A stretch of DNA of 64,000 bases from Vicinamibacterales bacterium (GCA_965204675.1 OZ242003.1:5901295-5965294); one strand, 5' to 3'. Shown: positions 28,462-38,242, counted from the first letter of the stretch. Notes: a model not told the origin generated them from the sequence alone. Numbers and translations: made by a program.

Positions 28462-29886
28462 CTACGACGCCTGCTGGAACGCCCGGGGACGGAACAGGAA
28501 GTCCACGATGTTCCCCTCGTGCGGCTGCAGCCAGTTGAGCCGGGTCGTGGGCACGGGGCCGAGGTTGAGCCGGTCGATGTTGCGGGCGTCGAGCAGGGCC
28601 CGCGAGAACGCCGGGTCCCCGGTCAGGCCGGTCGCCACGAGGGTCGTCCCGATCGCCCGGATCATCTTGTCCTGCGGGCACTCGACGACGGTGACGAAGG
28701 GGTACATGTACTCCTTCTTGGCCATCGCAACGTCGGGCGAGCCGCAGTGCACGACGGTGGGGCGCAGGTAGTCGCAACGCTCCATCGAGACGAGGCGGCC
28801 GCCGTCCTGGTGGCGCGCCGACACCTCCTCGACCCCGTCCTCCTTGAGGGCGTTGTCGATGTCGGCGGAGACCGCCGGCGCCTGCCCCGGCACCGTGAAC
28901 GCGGCCAGCTCGGCCTTGGGGTCGTCGGGGGGCAGGGGGGCGATGGGGCCGATGCGCTCGGCCACCGCCTCGGCGATCTTGCGGGTGTGCCGCGACGCCC
29001 AGATGCCCGAGCAGTTGATGCAGCCCCGCCCGCTGTTGATGGCCACGCTCTCGACCATCAGGTCGAGATACCGCTCCCAGTCGTCGACCACGTCGTCGCC
29101 GATGAGGATCTTGCTGAACCCGGGCCCGTGCACCTGGACGCCGGGGTTGGCGGCGTACTGCTCGACGGTGGCGGTGCCCCCGAAGATGAGGCTCCGCGGC
29201 GAGTTGTTCAGCACCGCGGCGCCGACCTCGCCGAGCCCCGGGTAGAGGGCGATGGCCTCGCGCGGCACCCCCGCCTGGAAGAACGCCTGGGCCATCCGCC
29301 ACGGGGTCCACGGCTCCTGCGGCCCCGGCTTCAGCACCAGCCCGATCTGCAGCGGGATGATCGGCAGCCACAGGCTGTGCACCCCGGGCGAGTTCGACGG
29401 CAGCACCATGCCGAGCACCGGCGTCGTCGCCTGGTAGCTGCGCATCACCCCGTCCTCCTCCCCGTAGCCGCGGGTGAGGATGTCGTAGTCGAGGCGGCGG
29501 GTCAGCGAGCGCAGGACGTCGTCGAGGTGGGTCAGCACGTACTCGAGCTTGCCCATGTTCATGCGGCACAGGTGCTCGGGCAGCCCCGTCGTGGCCGACT
29601 GCTGGCGCACGAAGTCGTCGGGCGTCTGCACGCCGTCGCCCAGCGGCAGATCCGCCGACTTGAAGAGCTCGCCGCCCTTCTTGACCATCGCCAGCAGGTC
29701 CGCGCACGGAATCTCCCGCAGCACGTCGCGGGCCCGGTTCGCCCCCTTCCTCAGGTCCCGGGCGACGATGCCGGGGTTGGCCTGGCTGACCTCGGCCACC
29801 GGCTCGCCGGTCAGGAAGTGCTCGACCTTGGCGAGCTCGAGGCTCTTGTACTCCTGTCCCCAACGCAGAATCGGAAAGTGGATCAC
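28462..29886 (-). CDS. Aldehyde-dehydrogenase-fold acyl reductase (EhpG/GriD/LuxC-like)
   Basis: VLPSNSPGV, LVLKPG, IFGG, HGPGFSK, NSGRGCINCS (catalytic Cys position) and EYMYPF. Confidence 0.75.
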   Translation of the reverse strand: MIHFPILRWGQEYKSLELAKVEHFLTGEPVAEVSQANPGIVARDLRKGANRARDVLREIPCADLLAMVKKGGELFKSADLPLGDGVQTPDDFVRQQSATTGLPEHLCRMNMGKLEYVLTHLDDVLRSLTRRLDYDILTRGYGEEDGVMRSYQATTPVLGMVLPSNSPGVHSLWLPIIPLQIGLVLKPGPQEPWTPWRMAQAFFQAGVPREAIALYPGLGEVGAAVLNNSPRSLIFGGTATVEQYAANPGVQVHGPGFSKILIGDDVVDDWERYLDLMVESVAINSGRGCINCSGIWASRHTRKIAEAVAERIGPIAPLPPDDPKAELAAFTVPGQAPAVSADIDNALKEDGVEEVSARHQDGGRLVSMERCDYLRPTVVHCGSPDVAMAKKEYMYPFVTVVECPQDKMIRAIGTTLVATGLTGDPAFSRALLDARNIDRLNLGPVPTTRLNWLQPHEGNIVDFLFRPRAFQQAS

Positions 29887-29887
29887 G

Positions 29888-30994
29888 TCAGTACACTCCC
29901 ACCGTGGTCGCCGACGCGAGCCGGCTGAACGGGCGCACCCCGCTCACCCCGTCCCATGGATACTGCTCGCACGGCGGCTCGCGCTCGCCCTCGTCGCGCT
30001 CCTGGAAGCGCGGCACGAAGAACTCCTTCGTCAGCGTCGTCAGCATCACCCGGCCGGTCTCGCCGTACCCGACCACGCGGTCCGCGTCGTCGGGGTCCAC
30101 GACCTGCAGGACGGCCCGCGGCTGCGGCGCGTAGTAGGTGATCTTGTAGCCGTTCTCGGGGCCGCTCGGGGGGCTGCCGGCGAGGCCCATGAGGGTGTTG
30201 CCGTAGGTCGGTGTCATGTAGATGCCGTCGAGCAGCTCCTCGTGGGCGAAGCGGTTCCACTGCGGCGTGAACTCGGTGCCGCCGGCGAAGATGCCGGTGA
30301 TGCCGGTGTCCTTCAGGCACGACCCGTCGGCCTCGAGGCGGTTGGCGAGGGCCTCGAGCAGCTTGGGGGTCGAGAACAGGCACCTGATGTCGTGCCCGGC
30401 CGACAGCACCGTGATCGCCTGGTCGATGACGTGGTCCTGGTAGGCCTTCAGGTGCTCCATCCAGCCCTTCTTGATGAGCTTGATGACCCACCGTGGATCG
30501 AGGTCCACGCAGAAGCAGATGCCGCCCCGGTGCTGGGCGAGGTGCTCGACCGCGAGCCGCAGCCGCCGGGGGCCGCTCGGCCCCAGCATGAGCCAGTTGC
30601 TGCCCTTCGGGAAGTGCTCGTCGGGCAGGGTCTCCGAGAACAGCTCGTAGTCGATGCGGAAGTCCTCCTGGGCGACCCGGCTCTTGGGGATGCCGGTGGT
30701 GCCGCCGGTCTCGAACACGAACGTCGGCCGGTCGGCGTAGGCCCTGGGCACCCAGCGGCGGACGGGGCCGCCCCGCAGCTTCTCGTCCTCGAAGTGGGGG
30801 AACTTCGCGAGGTCGTCGAACCCGTGGACCTCGCCCCGCGGGTCCCACCCCGCGTCGCGCGCCCAGTCGAGCCAGAACGGACACCCGGTGTCGGGGTTGA
30901 AGTGCCACTCGACGATCTCGCGCACCCAGGCGTCGAGCGCCGTCCTCGCCTGGGCCGCCCTGGTCTCAGCCGTGCTGCTCTCCGTAGTCATCAA
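29888..30994 (-). CDS. EhpF/GriC-like adenylate-forming enzyme (truncated ANL fold)
   Basis: WHFNPDTGCPFW, FETGGTTGIPK (P-loop), DLDPRWV, GGTE, TYGNT, GETGRVMLT and ERD. These motifs match my recollection of Pantoea EhpF (WHFSKETGSPFW, ESGGTTGAPK, DIDPRWV). Confidence 0.75.
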   Translation of the reverse strand: MMTTESSTAETRAAQARTALDAWVREIVEWHFNPDTGCPFWLDWARDAGWDPRGEVHGFDDLAKFPHFEDEKLRGGPVRRWVPRAYADRPTFVFETGGTTGIPKSRVAQEDFRIDYELFSETLPDEHFPKGSNWLMLGPSGPRRLRLAVEHLAQHRGGICFCVDLDPRWVIKLIKKGWMEHLKAYQDHVIDQAITVLSAGHDIRCLFSTPKLLEALANRLEADGSCLKDTGITGIFAGGTEFTPQWNRFAHEELLDGIYMTPTYGNTLMGLAGSPPSGPENGYKITYYAPQPRAVLQVVDPDDADRVVGYGETGRVMLTTLTKEFFVPRFQERDEGEREPPCEQYPWDGVSGVRPFSRLASATTVGVY

Positions 30995-31069
30995 CCCATG
31001 ATCCTACACTAGTAGTCGACGGCGCGGCCCGGGGTGGTGGTCCGGCCGACAATCGGGGAGCGTGAACGA

Positions 31070-31546
31070 ATGGGACGTCTGGAACGGATCTGGGTGAAAC
31101 GGTTCCACCGCGGCCCGATGGACCCGGTTGACGCCGCCGACCTCCGGCGAGGCGCCGGCATCGTGGGCAACGCCAACCAGGGGGGCTGGCGACAGGTCAC
31201 GATCATCGCGGCCGCCGACTGGGACCGCGTCGTCGAGGCGCTCGCGACGGCGGTCGACCCTGGAGAGAGGCGCGCCAACCTGCTCGTCAGCGGGGTCGCC
31301 CTCGCGCACACCCGCGACCGCGTCCTGCAGGTGGGCGGCTGCCGGCTGCGGGTGCGCGGCGAGACCCGCCCCTGCGAGCGGATGGACGAAGCCGAGCCGG
31401 GCCTGCGCGCCGCCCTCGACCCCGGGTGGCGGGGAGGCGTGTTCGCCGAGGTGCTCGACGACGGCCGCATCGTCGTCGGCGACCCCGTCGCGTGGACGGA
31501 ACCGGCGCCGTCAGGCGAGGGCCGCGGTCAGACCGACTCGAGCTGA
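31070..31546 (+). CDS. MOSC domain protein
   Basis: RQVT, RRANLLVSG, ETRPCERM and GGVFAEVLDDGRIVVGD. Confidence 0.85.
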   Translation: MGRLERIWVKRFHRGPMDPVDAADLRRGAGIVGNANQGGWRQVTIIAAADWDRVVEALATAVDPGERRANLLVSGVALAHTRDRVLQVGGCRLRVRGETRPCERMDEAEPGLRAALDPGWRGGVFAEVLDDGRIVVGDPVAWTEPAPSGEGRGQTDSS

Positions 31547-31863
31547 TCCGTCTTGGCCGCGAAGACGAAGTCGCTCTCCGTCAGGCCGTCGATCTTGTGC
31601 GTCCAGATGGTGACGGTGGCCCGACCCCACGCCAGCAGGATGTCGGGATGGTGGCCCTGCTCCTCGGCCATCTCGCCGACCCGCACCGTGAAGTCGAGGG
31701 CCCGGCGGAAGTCCTCGAAGCGGTAGGTCTTCTCGAGGTGGTGCCCGTCGACCACCTCCCAGCCCCCGCCGAGCTGCCGCTGGTACCCGGCCAGCTCCTC
31801 GCCGGCGAGGGGCGGGACCCCGCCCCGGCAGGGCACGCACTGCTTCGACGCGAGCTCGCTCAT
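31528..31863 (-). CDS. phhB: Pterin-4-alpha-carbinolamine dehydratase
   Basis: LASKQCVPC, KTYRFEDF, GHHPD and WTHKIDGLTESDFVFAAK. Confidence 0.92.
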   Translation of the reverse strand: MSELASKQCVPCRGGVPPLAGEELAGYQRQLGGGWEVVDGHHLEKTYRFEDFRRALDFTVRVGEMAEEQGHHPDILLAWGRATVTIWTHKIDGLTESDFVFAAKTDQLESV

Positions 31864-31950
31864 GCGTCTTCCTCCGATGCCGGTCATGCCGGCACAGGCA
31901 CTATCATAGTGGGTTGGACTGCCGATCGCGACTCCTCAGGAGGCTCACCG

Positions 31951-32385
31951 ATGCCCGACCAGAAGCAGAACTTCGACAACCACGTCCGTTTCGTGCCCAT
32001 CTTCCACTACGTCGCCGCCCCCATCCTCCTCGTCAACCTCGTCTGGGCGGTCTGGCAGCTCCGGGCTCCGTCGTTCCCGGCCCTGCTCGACGTGCTGGTG
32101 GCCGTCGCCCTGCTCATCCTCTTCCTGTGCGCGCGGGTGTTCGCCCTCAAGGCGCAGGACCGCGTGATCCGAGTCGAGATGCGCCTGCGCATGCGCGAGC
32201 TGCTGCCCGAGGACCTGCAGGGCCGGATAAACGAGTTCACGCCGACCCAGATGGTGGGCCTGCGGTTCGCCGGCGACGCCGAGCTGCCCGACCTCGCCCG
32301 CAAGGTGCTCGACGAGAACATCACCGCGGCGACCCCCATCAAGAAGCTCGTCACCGACTGGCAGGGGGACTACTACCGCGTCTAG
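31951..32385 (+). CDS. Conserved membrane protein (DUF6526-like)
   Basis: QNFDNHVRF, QDRVIRVEMRLR, LRFAGDAEL and W..DYYRV; RBS AGGAGG. Confidence 0.7.
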   Translation: MPDQKQNFDNHVRFVPIFHYVAAPILLVNLVWAVWQLRAPSFPALLDVLVAVALLILFLCARVFALKAQDRVIRVEMRLRMRELLPEDLQGRINEFTPTQMVGLRFAGDAELPDLARKVLDENITAATPIKKLVTDWQGDYYRV

Positions 32386-32813
32386 CGCCCTGGTGCGCGC
32401 GTCGCACCGAGCCCGGAGAGGCCCTCGAGGGCCGTGAGACGCCCGTGCGACTGGGCGTGACGAGCGAGCGATGGAACAAGCGACGCGGTGGCATCGTCCA
32501 TTCGGGCGAAGCGCCGGGACGGAGGGGCCTGCGAGGCGGCGAGCGGGCGGTCCCCACGACCGACGCAGATGCTGTCTGCACCGGCCCGGGCACGGAGGCG
32601 CCTGCGAGGCGGCGACGGGGGCGATGCAATAAACGGCGCCGCCGAGTCGTCTAGTACCATTGGGGAGGTTGCGCCTCGTCCCGGAATCCGGCGGCGGGCG
32701 CGTTCCCCCTGGAATACGAGCCCAGTTCAAGCCTGCCACGCTCATGCGTCGGCGCGGCGCGGTTCGCATTCTCACTACGGCTCCGGGACGGAATCACGGA
32801 AAGGGAAGCACTC

Positions 32814-35800
32814 ATGAAGGGCGGGATCGCCTGGTTCGCCCGCAATCCGGTCGCCGCGAACCTCATGATGATCTTCATCATCATGAGCGGCGCGATTGCG
32901 ACCACCGCGGTCAAGGAAGAGATCTTCCCGGAGATCGAGCTCGACCGGGTCAGCATCAACATCCCCTATCTCGGCGCGGCGCCCGAGGAGGTCGAGTCGG
33001 GGGTGATCCTCCGCGTCGAGGAGGCCATCCAGGGCATCGACGGCATCAAGGAGATTCAGTCGACCGCGTCCGAGGGCAGCGCCTCGGTCATGGTCGAGCT
33101 CGAGCTCGGCGCCGACGCCCGGCGCGTCGTCGACGAGATCAAGAACCAGGTCGACGCCATCACCACGTTCCCCATCGAGACCGAAGAGCCCATCATCCGC
33201 GAGCTCATCGCCCGCAACCAGGTCACCGACATCGCCATCTCCGGCGCCACCGACGTCTTCACCCTCAAGGCGATCGCCGAGCAGGTGCGCGACGAGCTGA
33301 CCGTGCTGCCCGAGATCACCCAGGTCGACATCGTCAGCGCCCCCCCCTACGAGATCTCCATCGAGGTCTCCGAGACGGCGCTGCGGCGGCACGGCATGAC
33401 CTTCGACCAGGTCGCCGACGCGGTGCGCCGCTCGTCGCTCGACCTGCCCGGCGGCTCGGTCCGCACCGACGGCGGCGAGATCCTGCTGCGCACCATCGGC
33501 CAGGCCTACCGCGGGAACGAGTACGAGGCCCTGGTGCTGCTGACCCGCGCCGACGGCACCCGCCTGCGGCTCGGCGACGTGGCGACCATAATCGACGGCT
33601 TCGCCGAAACCGACCAGCAGGCCCGCTTCGACAGCGACACGACGGTGATGGTCTCGGTGTTCCGCACCGGCGACCAGAGCGCCCTCGACATCGCGGCGGC
33701 GGTGGAGCGCTACGTCGAGGACATGCAGGCGCAGGTCCCCCGGGGCATCTCGCTCACCATCTGGCAGGACCAGGCCGAGATACTCGCCGACCGGCTGACC
33801 CTGATGGTGCGCAACGGCGCGACCGGGTTCGTGCTCGTCTTCATCGTGCTCGCCCTCTTCCTCCAGTTCCGCCTGGCGTTCTGGGTCAGCCTGGGCATCC
33901 CCATCTCGTTCCTCGGCGCCATCGCCCTGATGCCGGGGCTCGACGTCTCGGCCAACGTCATCTCGCTGTTCGCGTTCATCCTCGTGCTGGGCATCGTGGT
34001 CGACGACGCGATCATCGTCGGCGAGAACATCTTCCGGCACCAGGAGAACCACGGGGAGGCCCTGCGGGGCTCCATCGAGGGGGCGCACGAGATCGCCAAG
34101 CCGGTGACCTTCGCGGTCCTGACGACGGTGGCGGCGTTCATGCCGCTGATGTTCGTGCCCGGCATGATGGGGAAGATCTTCCGGGTCATCCCCCTCGTCG
34201 TCATCCCCTGCCTGCTCTTCTCGCTGATCGAGTCGCTCGGCATCCTGCCCGCCCACCTCGCCAACATGCGCGAGCGCCGCACGTCCGGTCCGTGGCACCG
34301 GTTCCAGCAGTTCTTCGCGAACGGCCTGAAGGACTTCGTCCGGACCGTCTATCAGCCGCTGCTCGAGACCGCGCTGCGCTGGCGCTACGTGACCGCCGCG
34401 GTGGGGCTCTCGACCCTCATCGTGACCGGGGGCATGGTGCTCGGCGGGTGGACCAACTTCCACTTCTTCCCCTCGATCGAGGCCGACTTCATGGCCGCGT
34501 CGCTCACCATGCCGCAGGGCACGCCGGTCGAGTCGACGTCGCGGGCGGTCGAGAAGCTCGAGGCGGGGGCGGCGCGGCTGCGCGCCCGGTTGCAGCGGGA
34601 AACCGGCATGGACTACTTCCGCCACGTGTCGGCGTCGGTCGGCGACCAGCCGATGATGTCGCGCGGCGGCGGCCCGATGGGGCCGATGGAGGTGGCCAGC
34701 GCCGCGAACCTCGGCGAGGTGACGGTCGAGCTCGCCCCGGCCGAGACCCGGGCGTTCACGAGCGAGCAGCTCGGCCTGATGTGGCGCGAGGCGACCGACC
34801 CGATCCCCGAGGCGGTCGAGGTCAACTTCGACATGTCGATGATGGCGCCGGGCGACGACGTCGACGTGCAGCTCGCGGGGCCCGACCTCGAGCGGTTGCG
34901 CGCCGCCGCCGACGAGGTCAAGCGCCGGCTCGCGGCCTACGCCGGCGTCTACGAGATCTCCGACTCGTTCCGGGCCGGCAAGGTGGAGATGCAGCTCGGC
35001 ATCAAGCCCGCGGCGGAGACCCTCGGCCTGACCCTGCAGGACCTCGGCCGGCAGGTGCGGCAGGCCTTCTACGGCGAGGAGGCCCAGCGCATCCAGCGCG
35101 GGCGCGACGACATCCGGGTCATGGTGCGCTACCCGCGGGACGATCGCCGCTCGCTCGGCGACCTCGAGAACATGCGCATCCGAACCCCGAACGGCGGCGA
35201 GGTGCCGTTCGGCCAGGTCGCGCAGGTGGAGCCGGGGCGCGGCTTCGCGTCGATCAAGCGGGTCGACCGCAACCGGGCCGTCAACGTGACCGCGTCCGTC
35301 GACCCGGCCGTGACGTCGGCCGGGGCGGTCATCGGCGATCTGCAGGCCCGCATCCTGCCCGAGGTCCTCGCCGACTACCCCGGCGTGTTCTACACCTTCG
35401 AGGGGGCCCAGGCCGAGCAGGTCGAGGCGGTCGGCGGCCTGCAGTGGGGGTTCGCGCTGGCGCTCCTCATGATCTTCGCCCTCCTCGCGGTGCCGTTGCG
35501 CTCGTACGTGCAGCCGCTCATCATCATGGCGGCCATCCCCTTCGGCCTCGTCGGGGCCATCTGGGGCCACATGGTGATGCGGCTCGACGTCACCATGATG
35601 TCGATGTTCGGCCTCGTCGCGCTGACCGGGGTCGTCGTGAACGACAGCCTCGTGATGGTCGACTTCATCAACCGCGCCCGGAAGGTCCACGCCGACGTGG
35701 GCGCCAAGGTGCGCCAGGCCGGGGGGCAGCCGCGGGACCGCCACGCGTTCGAATCGGCGGGCCTGCAGCTCGCGATCCGCGAGGCGGGGGGCAACCGGTT

Positions 35801-36110
35801 CCGGCCCATCCTCCTCACGTCGCTGACGACGTTCTTCGGCCTCGCGCCGCTGATGCTCGAGCGCAGCATGCAGGCGGCGTTCCTGGTGCCGATGGCGGTG
35901 TCGCTGGCCTTCGGGGTGCTGTTCGCCACCTTCATCACGCTGATCCTGGTGCCGACGGCGTACCTCATCCTCGACGACGTCCAGCGGACGATGCGGCGGC
36001 TGTTCGGGCGGGAAGAGCCGGCGTTCGCCCCCGAGGCGCCGCCCCTGACCGGCGAAGCGGTGGTGGCGGGCGGCGCGCAGGCGGCGAGGACCGCCGAGGC
36101 GGCGTCGTAG
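32814..36110 (+). CDS. RND efflux permease (AcrB family)
   Basis: IAWFARNPVAANLMM, GIVVDDAIIVGE, GVVVNDS and RFRPILLTSLTT. Confidence 0.93.
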   Translation: MKGGIAWFARNPVAANLMMIFIIMSGAIATTAVKEEIFPEIELDRVSINIPYLGAAPEEVESGVILRVEEAIQGIDGIKEIQSTASEGSASVMVELELGADARRVVDEIKNQVDAITTFPIETEEPIIRELIARNQVTDIAISGATDVFTLKAIAEQVRDELTVLPEITQVDIVSAPPYEISIEVSETALRRHGMTFDQVADAVRRSSLDLPGGSVRTDGGEILLRTIGQAYRGNEYEALVLLTRADGTRLRLGDVATIIDGFAETDQQARFDSDTTVMVSVFRTGDQSALDIAAAVERYVEDMQAQVPRGISLTIWQDQAEILADRLTLMVRNGATGFVLVFIVLALFLQFRLAFWVSLGIPISFLGAIALMPGLDVSANVISLFAFILVLGIVVDDAIIVGENIFRHQENHGEALRGSIEGAHEIAKPVTFAVLTTVAAFMPLMFVPGMMGKIFRVIPLVVIPCLLFSLIESLGILPAHLANMRERRTSGPWHRFQQFFANGLKDFVRTVYQPLLETALRWRYVTAAVGLSTLIVTGGMVLGGWTNFHFFPSIEADFMAASLTMPQGTPVESTSRAVEKLEAGAARLRARLQRETGMDYFRHVSASVGDQPMMSRGGGPMGPMEVASAANLGEVTVELAPAETRAFTSEQLGLMWREATDPIPEAVEVNFDMSMMAPGDDVDVQLAGPDLERLRAAADEVKRRLAAYAGVYEISDSFRAGKVEMQLGIKPAAETLGLTLQDLGRQVRQAFYGEEAQRIQRGRDDIRVMVRYPRDDRRSLGDLENMRIRTPNGGEVPFGQVAQVEPGRGFASIKRVDRNRAVNVTASVDPAVTSAGAVIGDLQARILPEVLADYPGVFYTFEGAQAEQVEAVGGLQWGFALALLMIFALLAVPLRSYVQPLIIMAAIPFGLVGAIWGHMVMRLDVTMMSMFGLVALTGVVVNDSLVMVDFINRARKVHADVGAKVRQAGGQPRDRHAFESAGLQLAIREAGGNRFRPILLTSLTTFFGLAPLMLERSMQAAFLVPMAVSLAFGVLFATFITLILVPTAYLILDDVQRTMRRLFGREEPAFAPEAPPLTGEAVVAGGAQAARTAEAAS

Positions 36111-36198
36111 CCCGGAAATCGTCGCCTTCGGCTCCGATTGCCGCCCAACCGACCCTGCCAGGAGTCTGCACCGTTCTACGGCGCAGACCCCTGGACCG
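36108..36198 (+). repeat. Structured intergenic element, copy 3
   Basis: Starts at the TAG stop. Hairpin CCAGGAGTCTGC..CCGTTCTACGG..GCAGACCCCTGG. Highly similar to 13797-13887. Confidence 0.85.
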
Positions 36199-36227
36199 AT
36201 CTCGATCCCCGCAATCTCCTGATATAG

Positions 36228-36653
<426 letters not shown>

Positions 36654-36782
36654 AAGCCGGTGAAGCCCCGCGCCGCGGCGGGCCCGCCACGCGACGGCGG
36701 CGGTCCGGCGAGGCGCAGGGGCGGGTGAAGCGTCTGAACGGATTCCCGCGTCTCGGACCCTGTCTGGAGTAGGAGGATACGC

Positions 36783-38078
36783 ATGACCTTGAAGTCGAAG
36801 ACGATTCTGGTCGGACTGGCCGGTGCGTTTGCCGTCACCCTCCCCCGCGCGGCCTGGGCCCAGGACGGCCTGAGCTCCGGCGACACCGCGTGGATGCTCA
36901 CGTCGAGCGTGCTCGTCCTGTTCATGACCATCCCCGGGCTCTCGCTCTTCTACGCGGGCCTCGTGCGGGCCAAGAACGTCCTGTCGGTGATGATGCAGTG
37001 CTTCGTCATCACCTGCCTGGTGACGCTCATCTGGACCGTGTACGGGTACGGCCTCGCCTTCGGCGACGGCGGCGGCCTCAACGCGTTCGTCGGGGTCGGC
37101 AACTTCTTCCTGTCCGGCGTCGGCGTCGACACCGTCTCGGGCTCGATCCCCGAGTCGGTGTTCCAGATGTTCCAGCTCACGTTCGCCATCATCACGCCGG
37201 CCCTCATCGTCGGCGCGTTCGCCGAACGCATGAAGTTCTCGGCCATGCTGCTGTTCATGGCCCTGTGGGTCACCATCGTCTACGCGCCGGTCGCCCACTG
37301 GGTCTGGGGCGGCGGCTGGCTCGGCGAGATGGGGGTCCTCGACTTCGCGGGGGGCACCGTCGTCCACATCAACGCGGGCGTCGCCGCCCTCGTGCTCTGC
37401 ATCGTGCTCGGCAAGCGCCAGGGCTACCCGACGACCCCGATGGCGCCGAACAGCCTCGTCCTGACCGTGGTCGGCGCCTCGATGCTGTGGGTGGGCTGGT
37501 TCGGGTTCAACGCCGGCAGCCAGCTCGCGGCGGACGGCGTGGCGGGCATGGCGATGACCGTGACCCACATCGCCACCGCCACCGCGGCGCTGGCGTGGAT
37601 GACCACCGAGTGGATGATCCACGGCAAGCCGAGCGTCCTCGGTATCGCCACCGGCGCCGTCGCCGGCCTCGTCGCCATCACCCCCGCCTCGGGCTTCGTG
37701 GGGCCGGTCGGCGCCCTCGCCATCGGCCTGGCGTCGGGCGTCGTCTGCTACTGGGCGGCGAGCAGCCTCAAGCGCAAGATGGGCTACGACGACTCGCTCG
37801 ACGTCTTCGGGGTCCACGGGGTGGGCGGCTTCATCGGCGCCATCCTGACCGGCGTGTTCGCGGCCGAGGCGTTCGGCGGCTCGGGCCTCGACAACGGCAT
37901 CGGGTCGCAGCTCGGCCTGCAGTTCATCGGCGCCGCGGCCACCATCGCCTACTCGGGCGTGCTCACCTTCATCCTCGCCAAGGCGCTCGACGCCACGATG
38001 GGCCTGCGCGTCACGGCCGAGGAGGAGTCGGAAGGCCTCGACCTCGCGCTGCACGACGAGCGCGGGTTCAGCCTGTAG
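36783..38078 (+). CDS. amtB: Ammonium transporter
   Basis: GDTAWML, FYAGL, DFAGGTVVH, LWVGWFGFNAGS and DDSLDVFGVHG. Confidence 0.96.
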   Translation: MTLKSKTILVGLAGAFAVTLPRAAWAQDGLSSGDTAWMLTSSVLVLFMTIPGLSLFYAGLVRAKNVLSVMMQCFVITCLVTLIWTVYGYGLAFGDGGGLNAFVGVGNFFLSGVGVDTVSGSIPESVFQMFQLTFAIITPALIVGAFAERMKFSAMLLFMALWVTIVYAPVAHWVWGGGWLGEMGVLDFAGGTVVHINAGVAALVLCIVLGKRQGYPTTPMAPNSLVLTVVGASMLWVGWFGFNAGSQLAADGVAGMAMTVTHIATATAALAWMTTEWMIHGKPSVLGIATGAVAGLVAITPASGFVGPVGALAIGLASGVVCYWAASSLKRKMGYDDSLDVFGVHGVGGFIGAILTGVFAAEAFGGSGLDNGIGSQLGLQFIGAAATIAYSGVLTFILAKALDATMGLRVTAEEESEGLDLALHDERGFSL

Positions 38079-38094
38079 GACGAGGTCCGGCGGG

Positions 38095-38148
38095 CCGACC
38101 GGGCCCGGCGGGCCGCGGTTCTACGCGGCCCGCCGGGCTACCGGTCGG
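38095..38148 (+). terminator. Long hairpin after amtB
   Basis: 15-bp perfect stem 38103-38117/38124-38138 with loop GTTCTA, plus an outer 8-bp stem; no U-tract. Confidence 0.45.
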
Positions 38149-38165
38149 AAAGCGATACCCGGGGC

Positions 38166-38198
38166 ATGCGCACCGTCAACATGCACGAAGCCAAGAGC
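38166..38198 (+). pseudogene. Truncated Phd/YefM antitoxin start
   Basis: MRTVNMHEAKS is a typical Phd N-terminus. The similarity stops after about 10 codons. Confidence 0.55.
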
Positions 38199-38242
38199 GG
38201 TTGCGGCGACATCGACGACCAGCCGGCGAAGCCCTGGCGGGT

